From an uncultured Methylomirabilota bacterium (lineage in GTDB: Bacteria > Methylomirabilota > Methylomirabilia > Methylomirabilales > 2-02-FULL-66-22), in the NCBI GenBank assembly GCA_963842855.1, contig CAWJHW010000003.1, forward strand, positions 696,616-760,615: a DNA stretch of 64,000 bases. Direction: 5' to 3'. Made by a program: the position numbers and the translations under genes. A model generated the notes under the pieces. That model was not told where the DNA came from, searched no databases, and saw only the letters and a list, made by a program, of their open reading frames with translations. This document shows positions 18,420-27,485 of the stretch, one piece after another; the stretch's first letter is position 1, and each line of letters starts with the position of its first letter.

Positions 18420-19908
18420 CTAGCCTGCCAGCCGCTCCAAGAGGTCGGCCACGCTGTCCGATCGCTCCAGGATCTCCCCCACGAGCTTCCGAGTGCCCCG
18501 GGCGGGCTCGGCCATGGGAATCTTCTTCACCGTGGCCTCGCCCGTGTCCAGGAGGATCGAACTCCAGCTGGCCCCGTAGATGTGATCGGGGAATTTCTTG
18601 AGACAGGTCCCGCGAAAGTAGGCGCGCGTGTCCGCGGGCGGGCTGCCCATCGCCTCCCGGATTTCGGCGTCGGTCAGGATCCGCTCCACGTAGCCCTCGC
18701 GCTCCAGGCGGTAGTAGAGCCCCTTGTCCGCCCGCAGGTCGTGGTACTGCAGGTCCAGCATGCTGATGCGCTGGTCGTCGAAGCCGATGCCCTTCCTCCC
18801 CATGTAGGAGGCGATGAGCTCCTTCTTGATGACCCAGTCCAGCTCCCGGGCGCAGGCCAGGGGGTCCTCGCTCAACCGGTCCAGGACGGCCTGCCACCGC
18901 TCTAAAAGGTCGCTCACCTGGGGGGAGAGCTCGGCCGTGGCGTAGTACTCCAGGGCCAGCTCCAGGTACTCCCGCTGCAGCTCGATGGCGGAGAACTCCT
19001 TCCCCCGCTTCAGGCGGACCTTGCGCCGGCAGGTGGTGTCGTGGGAGATCTCCTTGATGGCCCGCACCGGGTCCTCCAGGCCGAGGTCCTTCCGGATGAC
19101 GCCGTCCTCCACCATGGCCAGCACGATGGCCGTGGTCCCCACCTTGAGGTAGGTCGTCACCTCGGACATGTTGGAGTCGCCCGACGATGACGTGGAGCCG
19201 CCGGTACTTCTCCTCGTCGGCGTGGGGCTCGTCGCGGGTGTTGATGATCGGCCGCTTGGCCATGGTGTCCAGGCCGATCAGGGTCTCGAAGAAATCGGCC
19301 CGCTGGGAGATCTGGTAGTCGCAGGGATCCGTCCCGTTCTCCGCCCCCACCTTGCCGGCGCCGCAGAAGATGATCCGCGAGACCAGAAACGGGGTCAGGC
19401 CCTCCACCAGCTGCTCGAAGGGGAGCCGGCGGGCGACCAGGTAGTTCTCGTGGTAGCCGTAGCTGTTCCCCTTGCCGTCCGTGTTGTTCTTGTAGACGAC
19501 CAGCTGCTGGGGGGGCGGGAGCTTCCGGTTGGCCGCCTCGCGGCACCCGTCGAAGATCCGCTCCCCCGCCTTCTCGAAGAGCACCAGGTCGCGGGCGTTA
19601 GTGGTCTCGGGCGTGGAGTACTCGGGGTGGGCGCCATCCACGTACAGGCGACCGCCGTTCGGCAGCACCTTGTTGATGGCGCGGTTGTCCTGCTGGCTGG
19701 GCCGCTCCCGTTCGCCGCTGACCTCGAATCCCCGGGCGTCCAGCAGCGGATTCTCGCCCGCGTAGTCCCACATGGCCCTGAGGGGCTCGCCCATGGGCAG
19801 CGCGTTGATGAGGAAGATGGAGCTGCCGACGGGATCGAAGCCGGAGGTGTCCCGGGCCGTGATTCCGACCTCCGTCTCGCTCCCCATGATCTTCTCGATG
19901 GCCATCAA
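18420..19908 (-). pseudogene. dop: Pup deamidase/depupylase Dop, one apparent 1-nt insertion near 19178
   Basis: N-terminus MMAIEKIMGSETEVGI.., Dop-specific insertion ...ARGFEVSGERERPSQQDNRAINKVLPNGG.., [31 protein letters not shown]. The frame then breaks. The continuation [11 protein letters not shown]...LDLQYHDLRADKGLYYRLEREGYVERILTDAEI...ERLAG* is ORF 18420..19169. Confidence 0.85.
18738..19248 (-). repeat. 511-bp segment of dop nearly identical to 15792..16301 inside pafA (direct repeat, 2.9 kb apart)
   Basis: See the partner entry. The dop frameshift (extra C in gggCgactcc) lies inside this segment. Confidence 0.9.
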
Positions 19909-20048
19909 TGTGTCCTTTTACGGCGACGCCCCGCTCCCGGGGAGGCGCCCCGACCGCTTTCGCCTCTGTGCCTGCTGTCACACCTGGCAAACGCCACGGC
20001 CCGGGGACGGGCCGCGGATGCCGACGAATCGATGAGGCGGGCGGGTCC

Positions 20049-21838
20049 TCAGAGGTAATGACCCGTGCTGATGGTCTCGACCTTGCGTGGCTTTTTGCCT
20101 TCCCGGTCGAACACCGGCCGGACGTGCACGATGCGCTCGGTCCGGCGGGCGGCGATCTTGGCCCAGTCGTCGGGGTTGGTGGTGTTGGGGAGGTCCTCGT
20201 TCTCCCGGAACTCGGTCTTCACCGCCTCCACCAGGTCGGCCGCGGTGAGGCCCTTCACCCCGGTGGCGATCATGCGCTTGACGGCGGCCTTCTTGGCCCG
20301 GGTGCAGACGCTCTCGATGAGGGCCCCGCTGACGAAGTCCTTGAAGTAGAGCGTCTCCTTCTCCCCGGAGGCGTAGGTGACCTCCAGGAAGCGGTGGGCC
20401 TCGTCGGCGGCGAACATCTCGGCCGTGGCGGCCTCGAGGGCCCCCTCGGGGGTCTCGCCGGGGCGCCAGGGGAGCTCGGCCGTGCAGTACTTCCCGAAGA
20501 TCTCCCGGGCGGCCTCCCGGGCGGGCCGGTCGATCCGGATCTTCACGTCGAAGCGGCCGGGGCGCAGCACGGCCGGGTCGATCAAGTCCTGCCGGTTGCT
20601 CGCCCCGATGACGATGACGTTGCGTGAGCCCCTCCACCCCGTCCAGCTCGGCCAAGAACTGGGGGACGATGGTCGACTCCACGTCCGAGGAGATGCCGCT
20701 GCCCCGGGTGCGGAAGAGGGAGTCCATCTCGTCGAAGAAGATGACCACGGGGGCCCCGGCGCTGGCCTTCTCCTTGGCCCGGGCGAAGATCTCCCGGAGC
20801 TTCCGCTCCGTCTCCCCCACGTACTTGTTCAGGAGCTCGGGGCCCTTCACGTTCAGGAAGTAGGCGGGGCTCGGCGTCCCGGTCTGTCTCGGAGAGCTGC
20901 TGGGCCAACGCGTTGGCCACGGCCTTGGCGATGAGGGTCTTCCCGCAGCCCGGGGGGCCGTAGAGCAGGACCCCCTTGGGGGGCGTGAGCTTGTGGGCGG
21001 CGAAGTGCTCGGCGTAGAGCACGGGGAGCTCGATGGCGTCCCGGATCTGCTCGATCTGGGGCCCGAGGCCCCCCACGTCGGCGTAGGTGATGTTGGGGAC
21101 CTCCTCCAGGACCAGCTCCTCCACCTCGGCCTTGGGGAGCCGCTCCAGGACGACCCCGGCCCGGGCGTCCAGGCGGAGGAGGTCGCCCACCTGGAGGCCC
21201 GTGTCCTGGAGGGCCGCGCTGAGCTCCACCACCCGCTCCTCGTCGGCGCGTAGGGCCACCACCACCCGGGCGGCATCCAGCCGGTCCTTCAGGCGGACCA
21301 CCTCCCCCTGGGGGTCGGCCGTGCCGGCCGCCACGACGTTCAAGGCCTCGTTCAGGACCACCTCCTGGCCCCGGGAGAGCTGCGCGGCCTCCACCCCGGG
21401 GGCCACGGTCACCTTGAGCTTCCGGCCGGCTGTCCAGACGTCCACGGTCCCCTCGGGGTGGGTGGTGAGCACCGTCCCGTAGCTATTCGGGGGGGCGGCC
21501 AGCTTGTCCACCTCGGCCCGCAGGGCGGCGAGCTGCTCCTTGGCCTGTTGGAGGGCAGCCACCAGGCGCTCGTTCTGCTGGTGGGCGTGCTCGAGTTGTT
21601 CCCGCGACTGGCTCAACTTGGTCCGGAGGAACTCGAATTCCTTCGGCGTCTGCTCCAGGCGCCGGCGCAGGTGGAACATCTCCTCTTCCAGCGCCTTGAC
21701 CTGCGCCTGCAGACCATCGATGTCCGTTTCGTATTGGTCGATCTGCCGCTGAGACAAAGCGTCGCCCTTGGGCAGTTGCCCCGAGAGCTTCCGCATCGTC
21801 TTGCGCAGAGAGTTCAGCTTGGTTTCGGAATCACCCAT
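20049..21838 (-). pseudogene. arc: Proteasome-associated AAA ATPase ARC/Mpa, two apparent frameshifts (about 20622 and 20875-20900)
   Basis: Coiled-coil N-terminus MGDSETKLNSLRK...; Walker [16 protein letters not shown]. Frame 2 gives [50 protein letters not shown]...[10 protein letters not shown]. Frame 3 gives [33 protein letters not shown]... and ends ...ISTGHYL* (compare the Mpa GQYL docking tail). Confidence 0.85.
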
Positions 21839-22171
21839 CCTCGTCCGGCCTCCGCCAGCGACACAACCACATCCCGCCCCAGGCACGCGCTGGTGCGGCA
21901 AGTCGCGGCATCACGTCGAGCGCTGTCACGATGATGCAAGGTATCTTAAACGGCTTTCGGGGGGTGTCAAGTCTTTTTGTCCCTCGGAAATCGCGCCTCG
22001 GGACGTTCGCATCGCCCTCGGCGCGTCGCGTTTCCCGGGAGGCCGCCGCGGAGATCCTCCGGCCGCGGCCGGTCCACAAACGAGAATGGCTGGGGTGCCC
22101 CCAGCCATCCCAACGCGCGGGTCGTCGTTTCGGTTCCCCCGGCACGCGGGGGATCAGTGGCTGCACGTCCC

Positions 22172-22372
22172 TCACCCGCTGCTGGTGCAGCCGCCGCAAC
22201 TTCCGCCGCGGGATCCGACGAACCGCCCTTCGCCCTTGAAGGCGAACGCGGAGAACTGCTTGGTGACCTTCGGGCTCTCGCACTTCGGGCAGGCGACCCG
22301 GCTCCGGCTGGAGGCGACGCGCTTCTCGAAGGCGTGAGCGCACTCGTCACAGATGAATTCGTAGATCGGCAT
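22172..22372 (-). CDS. FmdB-family zinc-ribbon protein
   Basis: MPIYEFICDECAHAFEKRVASSRSRVACPKCESPKVTKQFSAFAFKG with a Gly/Cys tail. CxxC..CxxC layout typical of the FmdB family. Confidence 0.8.
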   Translation of the reverse strand: MPIYEFICDECAHAFEKRVASSRSRVACPKCESPKVTKQFSAFAFKGEGRFVGSRGGSCGGCTSSG

Positions 22373-22407
22373 CCGCTCTCTCCACGCCCCGCGAACCGCT
22401 CGCGGGG

Positions 22408-22605
22408 CTACTCGCCGCCGCGCTGGACGTAGCTCTTCACGAACTCCTCGGCGTTCTCCTCCAGCACGTCGTCGATCTCATCCACCAGCTTGTCCATGTC
22501 CTCCTTCAGCTTCTTGCCCTTCTCCGTGACCTTGGCGCTCGGCTGCCCGCCCTCGCCCGACGGCGGCCCCTCCGTCCGTTTCTGTTTCCGCTCCTGCTCC
22601 GCCAT
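22408..22605 (-). CDS. pup: Prokaryotic ubiquitin-like protein Pup (65 aa, C-terminal GGE)
   Basis: MAEQERKQKRTEGPPSGEGGQPSAKVTEKGKKLKEDMDKLVDEIDDVLEENAEEFVKSYVQRGGE*; compare M. tuberculosis ...LLDEIDDVLEENAEDFVRAYVQKGGQ. AAGGAGG upstream of ATG 22605. Hidden in the tail of track ORF 22408..22941. Confidence 0.9.
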   Translation of the reverse strand: MAEQERKQKRTEGPPSGEGGQPSAKVTEKGKKLKEDMDKLVDEIDDVLEENAEEFVKSYVQRGGE

Positions 22606-22658
22606 CGCGTTCCTCCTTCTTCCCCGCCAGGGCGGGGAGTGTTTCCCTCGCTGGCCTC

Positions 22659-23189
22659 TTACCGGCTGACCACCCAGATGAGATGGGGCAACTCCGGAAG
22701 GAGCAGCTTGCTGAGGCCCAGGCGCACCGCTGCCTCGGAACCCGGCAGGCAGCAGATCACGCGCCCCTGACTCACGCCGCAGATGGCCCGGCTGAGGGCG
22801 GCCGCGGCGCCGATCTCTCCATAGCTCAACCAGCGAAACAGCTCGCCGAACCCTGGCAGGACTTTCTCCAGGAGGGGCGTCACTGTCTCGACGGTCAGAT
22901 CGCGTCGGCCCGCCCCTGTGCCGCCGGTCACCACCAGGCACTGGCCGGGGCCCTGCAGGAACCGGCGCAGCGCGGCCTGGATTCGCCAGGGCTCGTTCTT
23001 CACCGCCTCGTAGTCCACCAGGCGGTGGCCGGCCTCGTTGAAGAGCCGCTGGATGAGTCGCCCCGACTCATCGGTGGCCTCGGTCCGGCTGTCGCTGACC
23101 GTGAGGACCGCGTACGCGACTGATCCGATTGTCCGGGCACTGGCCCGGTGATCCGGGACACCCATCGCGCCACCTCGGGAGAGAGACAA
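22659..23189 (-). CDS. moaB: Molybdenum cofactor biosynthesis protein B (MoaB/MogA family)
   Basis: ...AYAVLTVSDSRTEATDESGRLI..., VVTGGTGAGRRDLTVETV, ...VICCLPGSEAAVRLGL. Confidence 0.8.
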   Translation of the reverse strand: MSLSRGGAMGVPDHRASARTIGSVAYAVLTVSDSRTEATDESGRLIQRLFNEAGHRLVDYEAVKNEPWRIQAALRRFLQGPGQCLVVTGGTGAGRRDLTVETVTPLLEKVLPGFGELFRWLSYGEIGAAAALSRAICGVSQGRVICCLPGSEAAVRLGLSKLLLPELPHLIWVVSR

Positions 23190-23264
23190 TGAGACGCGGA
23201 CAATCCGGCCGCGTCCTCTGTGTGACCAGCGGGTTCTCCTCCGTCGCGCCCCCGCCGGCGATCA

Positions 23265-23426
23265 CTACGACAGCTCTTGCTGGATCCGGAGGACGGTGGA
23301 ATAGTCGATCCCGGTCTGGGCCGAAAGCCGCAGGAGATCCCGCTCCGTGATCTTGCTCCCCCGCTTCATGATGGCTTGCAGTTCCCGCCGGATGACCTCC
23401 GCTGCCTCCTCACCCTTCACTCGCAT
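23265..23426 (-). CDS. Small (53 aa) helix-turn-helix-like protein, below the ORF-track size cutoff
   Basis: Own translation MRVKGEEAAEVIRRELQAIMKRGSKITERDLLRLSAQTGIDYSTVLRIQQELS*. AAGGAG lies 6 nt upstream of ATG 23426. Confidence 0.45.
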   Translation of the reverse strand: MRVKGEEAAEVIRRELQAIMKRGSKITERDLLRLSAQTGIDYSTVLRIQQELS

Positions 23427-23572
23427 GCACGGCTCCTTGCCGCAGATTCACTCACCCATCCGGATCACGGGCCTGGACGGCGCGTCCTCCCTGACCCGGT
23501 CCGCCCGGCATGCCGGGACCGACAGGATGTGCCCCCATGAACTCTCCGTTCCATCACGACCGCAGGGCGGGC

Positions 23573-23974
23573 TCACTCGACGGACGCGGCCCACCGCGAA
23601 TCCCCGTTCGCCACCGGGCCGCCGGAGCGCTCCCGGAACACCGGACAGGCGCTGCACTGCAGCTCCTGCGGCAGCCCGATGATTTCCCAGCAGGGCGCGA
23701 AGCGGAGCAGGCGCTTGACCCCCTCGATGCTCACCTTCTCCGTGTGGATCAGGCGCCGCAGACACTCCAGCCACTGGACGTCCCCGGCGCAGTAGTACCG
23801 TTCCCGGTTCCGTCGGGCGGGCTTCACCAGGCCGTGGGATTCGTACAGGCGAAGGGTTTGTTCCGTGACACCGAGGAGATCGGCGGCGACTCCGATGGGG
23901 AAGCAAGCCCCAGGGTCTCCGTGCGCTTCCATCAGAACCGGCGCCGCGCGGCGTGCTTCGGCGGGCCTTTTCAT
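23573..23974 (-). CDS. MerR-family transcriptional regulator with C-terminal Cys cluster
   Basis: HTH FPIGVAADLLGVTEQTLRLYESHGLVKPARRNRERYYCAGDVQWLECLRRLI. C-terminus ...FAPCWEIIGLPQELQCSACPVF. Start uncertain (23974 or 23932). Confidence 0.7.
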   Translation of the reverse strand: MKRPAEARRAAPVLMEAHGDPGACFPIGVAADLLGVTEQTLRLYESHGLVKPARRNRERYYCAGDVQWLECLRRLIHTEKVSIEGVKRLLRFAPCWEIIGLPQELQCSACPVFRERSGGPVANGDSRWAASVE

Positions 23975-24256
23975 AATCTCAAGCCGGCGCTTTACCTCCG
24001 TTGCTAACCGTGGCTTTAGATACCAGAGCAATGCGGGACTGTCAAGGTCCGATCCCCGGGAAAAAGTCACAGCCTGCGCTTCGGAGATCACCGGACGACA
24101 CGATGGCGAGACATCCAGGGATGGAATCGGCCACGGCCATCCCGGTCAGAGTGTGTGAAAATATCGGCGGCTCGGCGCCAAGGGCAATTTTCGCCCACGG
24201 AGAATCAACGGGTTATGGTTGGGCTGTTGCCCCGGCGACGATTTCTTCACACACTC

Positions 24257-24811
24257 TCAACCTTGGTGCGGCCGGATCAGGTGAAGGAATTCCTCGCGGG
24301 TCTCTCGGCAATCGCGGAACGCGCCCAGCATGCACGAGGTGATGGCCTGGCTGTTCTGCTTCTCCACACCGCGCATCATCATGCAAAAGTGACAGGCCTC
24401 GATGACGACCCCCACCCCGGCCGGCTGTAGCACCTCCTGCAGCGCCTCGGCGATCTGGGTGGTGAGCCGCTCCTGCACCTGGAGGCGCCGCGCGAACATG
24501 TCCACCAGGCGCGCCAGCTTGCTGAGGCCGACGATCTTTCCCGCAGGCAGGTAGGCGATGTGCGCCTTCCCGAAGAAGGGCAGCAGATGGTGCTCGCAGA
24601 GCGAGTACACCTCGATGTCCTTGACCACCACCATCTCGTCGTAGGGCTCGGTGAAGATCGCCCCGTTCAGGATCTCGGCGACGGTCTTCCCATATCCAGA
24701 CGTGAGATAGCCGAATGACTTCGCCACCCGCTCCGGGGTCTTGTCCAGGCCCTCCCGGTAGGGGTCTTCGCCGAGTTCCTTCAACAGGTCCTTGATCAGA
24801 TGTTCGATCAT
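24257..24811 (-). CDS. folE: GTP cyclohydrolase I
   Basis: [33 protein letters not shown]..., [22 protein letters not shown], ...[19 protein letters not shown] overlap with the upstream gene. Confidence 0.9.
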   Translation of the reverse strand: MIEHLIKDLLKELGEDPYREGLDKTPERVAKSFGYLTSGYGKTVAEILNGAIFTEPYDEMVVVKDIEVYSLCEHHLLPFFGKAHIAYLPAGKIVGLSKLARLVDMFARRLQVQERLTTQIAEALQEVLQPAGVGVVIEACHFCMMMRGVEKQNSQAITSCMLGAFRDCRETREEFLHLIRPHQG

Positions 24812-25323
24812 GCCGGGCTCACTTTCTGGCCCCGATCCGCCGGGATCGGGAAAATCGTTCGGGCCGACCGCTTCACGCCCTCGCGATCCAGCTCGAAGAA
24901 GTTGTTGGGGGTCTCCTCCAGCCGCAGGCGCCACAGGCGACCGGGCGGCAGCGCCCCGTCCAGGATCCGCCAGAGCAATGCCGCCAACACCTCCGTGGTG
25001 CTGGTGGGCCCATCCGCCGGGGCGATCAGGGCGTCCAGGTCCCTCCGGTCGAAGCGCTGGACGACCTCTCTCTGGACGATCTCATTCAGGCGCTGCCCGT
25101 CTGCGATCTCGCCGGTCGCCCGGGACACCGGCCCGCGGATCGTCACCTCCAGCCGGTAGCTGTGGCCGTGGCCGTTCATGTTATTGCACCGCCCGTAGAT
25201 GCGGGCATTCTCGGACGCGCTGAACCGGGCGCTGTGCAACCGGTGGGCCGCCGAGAACTGACAGCCGCGCGTGACCTCGACCACCGGCGTGTCCGGCGCC
25301 CCGCCCGGTCGCGGCTCACTCAT
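24808..25323 (-). CDS. 6-pyruvoyl-tetrahydropterin synthase (Cys-type PTPS)
   Basis: [42 protein letters not shown] closely follows the eukaryote-type PTPS motif ...FGKCNNPNGHGHNY... Confidence 0.8.
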   Translation of the reverse strand: MSEPRPGGAPDTPVVEVTRGCQFSAAHRLHSARFSASENARIYGRCNNMNGHGHSYRLEVTIRGPVSRATGEIADGQRLNEIVQREVVQRFDRRDLDALIAPADGPTSTTEVLAALLWRILDGALPPGRLWRLRLEETPNNFFELDREGVKRSARTIFPIPADRGQKVSPA

Positions 25324-25744
25324 TGCTGGCGCTCCGCTCCCCATAGTAGTCCACAAAGAAAGAGGTGTCCTCGTGCAGGCGGACCCGATGCAGTTGGAGC
25401 CCCGGGTGCCCCTCCAGCCGCGGCTCCAAGAGCTCCCAAATCAGCACGGCGAGGTTCTCGGGCGTCGGAACCTTCTCCTTGAAGTAGGGGACGTCCTGGT
25501 TGAGATGCTTGTGATCGAACCGATCCACGACCGCCTCGACGATGAGGTCTTTGAGGGCCTTGAGGTCCATCACCATCCCGGTCTCCGGTGACGGCTCTCC
25601 CTGGATCGTGACTTCGAGGACGTAGTTATGCCCGTGGAGGTTGCCGTCCCGTCCGAACACCCGCTGGTTCTCCTCCGCGCTCCAGGCGGGGCTGGCGTAG
25701 TAGTGGGCGGCGCAGAACTCCACCCGCTTTGTGAGTTGGATCAT
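25316..25744 (-). CDS. PTPS/QueD-family paralog lacking the motif Cys
   Basis: MIQLTKRVEFCAAHYYASPAWSAEENQRVFGRDGNLHGHNYVLEVTIQG... 8-nt overlap with the next gene; ATGA overlap with the GT4 gene. Confidence 0.75.
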   Translation of the reverse strand: MIQLTKRVEFCAAHYYASPAWSAEENQRVFGRDGNLHGHNYVLEVTIQGEPSPETGMVMDLKALKDLIVEAVVDRFDHKHLNQDVPYFKEKVPTPENLAVLIWELLEPRLEGHPGLQLHRVRLHEDTSFFVDYYGERSASNE

Positions 25745-26970
25745 CGCATCCCTCGTACGCCTGCCGTGTCCGCGTCACGCCCACCGGGTGCCAGGGAGAC
25801 CTCCGGCGCCAGATGCGTCCGGCGCTGGGACTCCGGTGGGCCATCCAGGCCGGCCTGCACCCTCCGCAGGAAGGACTCGGCGATCCGGTCCGCGCGATAT
25901 TGCTCGACCCGGCGGCGACCCGCCTCTCCCGCCGCACGGCGGCGGTCGGGGTCCGAGAGGAGAGCGAAGAGCGCCTGCGCCAGGGCCTCCGGGTCGTCCC
26001 GATCCACGAGGAGCCCCGTCTCGCCGTCCACCACTGTCTCGGGAACCGCAGCCGCGCGGACTGCAACCACGGGCTTGCCGCACGCCATGGCCTCGAGGAA
26101 GACGATGCCGAAGCCCTCCTGCCGGCTGGGCAGACAGAAGATGGCGGCGCGCCGGTATCGGTCCACCAGCTCCCGACGGGGGATCGTCCCCAGGAACGTC
26201 ACCCAGTCTCCGAGATCGAGAGAATCCTTGAGGCGCTCCCACGTATTCCGGCAGGGCCCCTCACCCACCACCCAACCCTGGAAGGGGACACCCGCATCCC
26301 GCAGGCGCGCGTAGGCCTCCATGAGTACGCCGAGATTCTTCCGCGGATACATGTGGGCCACGGTCAGGATCGCCGGCGGACTCGCCAGCGCCCTGGCAGC
26401 CTCCCCGACTCCCTCTTCCCACGAACGGAGGTCGATCGGCTCGGGGACGATCACGATCTTCCCCGCCGGGATGCCGTAGGCCCCGACGATCCGGTTGCGG
26501 GAATACTGGCTGGTCGCCACGACGACGTCGGCCCGGCGGACAGCCAATCGCTCGAAGGCCGCCTGGACGGAGAGGAGCGCGCGGACGGCCCCGCGCTCGT
26601 TGGTGAGTTCGTCGGCGATGACTCCCTTGATGCTGGCGATGTACGGGGCGGTCTTCACCCGGCCGTAGTGAAAGCCGTCCAGGTCGAAGCCGACGACCCA
26701 GTCGTATCGGCCTCGCCGAAGGCGGGGGGCAGCGGAAAAATTGAAGAGGATGCGTTTGAGGGTGAAGCTGGGTGACCACCAGGCCGGAAACTGCATCTCC
26801 ACCCGAATATTCCGCTCACCGAGGGCCCGGGCGAGCTGGCTGATCGCAACGTAGGTGCCGCTTCCGCCCGCGACGTTCATCGGGGTGGAGGTCACGAACG
26901 CTATCCGTGACGGCGGGTTTCGGAGCCGTCCCAGAGGTCGGCCGGCCGGAGAAGGCGCAAGGCTCGTCAT
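25741..26970 (-). CDS. Glycosyltransferase family 4 (GT-B, group 1)
   Basis: ...IAFVTSTPMNVAGGSGTYV..., ...PSRQEGFGIVFLEAMACGKPVVAVRAAAVPETVVDGETGLLV... Confidence 0.8.
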   Translation of the reverse strand: MTSLAPSPAGRPLGRLRNPPSRIAFVTSTPMNVAGGSGTYVAISQLARALGERNIRVEMQFPAWWSPSFTLKRILFNFSAAPRLRRGRYDWVVGFDLDGFHYGRVKTAPYIASIKGVIADELTNERGAVRALLSVQAAFERLAVRRADVVVATSQYSRNRIVGAYGIPAGKIVIVPEPIDLRSWEEGVGEAARALASPPAILTVAHMYPRKNLGVLMEAYARLRDAGVPFQGWVVGEGPCRNTWERLKDSLDLGDWVTFLGTIPRRELVDRYRRAAIFCLPSRQEGFGIVFLEAMACGKPVVAVRAAAVPETVVDGETGLLVDRDDPEALAQALFALLSDPDRRRAAGEAGRRRVEQYRADRIAESFLRRVQAGLDGPPESQRRTHLAPEVSLAPGGRDADTAGVRGMR

Positions 26971-27485
26971 GGCGCTGGAATGAATTCCTGCGGGGGAGTC
27001 TCCTGGAAAGGGCGAACGCCACCCGGAGCGTTCAAGGAGACCGCAGCCCGATCTTCGATCAATGCTGCGACGCTAGTATGCTAACGACGAAAGTGTCAAG
27101 CGAAAAGCCGGGAGGGAACCTGAACATTCCTTCTCCGAAAGACCGTGTTCGCCAGTTCCCGAGAGCCTCGAGCGGCAAACTGGACGCTACCGGCGAAAGT
27201 CTCGACCTGTTCGGCCGGCGCGTATAGAAGCCTGACACATTGCCGGATTTACGGCACCGCAAGCCTGCAATGCGACTTTTTTCGCCGGCATGGGGAGCAT
27301 CGTGAAACGCCTCACCGGTCCGAGCTTCCTCCAGGGTCAGGCCCTATGATATTGATTTTGCCTAGCAGGAACATGCACCTGGGCTCAAAGGGGTCAGCCT
27401 CGTTCTCACGGACTGGACATTGGCACGCCGCCTGCAATGAAACTAAATTGCACTCCAAGCCGTCTTAAGAGATGACGGTTCTGCT

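Noticed and set aside
17608-19908. 766-aa ORF as a single protein
   Set aside because: It is a read-through artefact. The Dop N-terminus, an out-of-frame stretch of the dop middle (Gly/Pro/Arg-rich nonsense) and prcB happen to share a stop-free frame. dop ends at 18420 in another frame, and prcB has its own GTG and RBS at 18405.
27060-27330. SRP/6S-like RNA in the AT-richer gap (CCAGGGTCAGGCCC resembles the SRP CCAGGUCAGG motif)
   Set aside because: The rest of the conserved SRP helix-8 sequence (GGAAGCAGCC) is missing. The similarity is too short to support a call.
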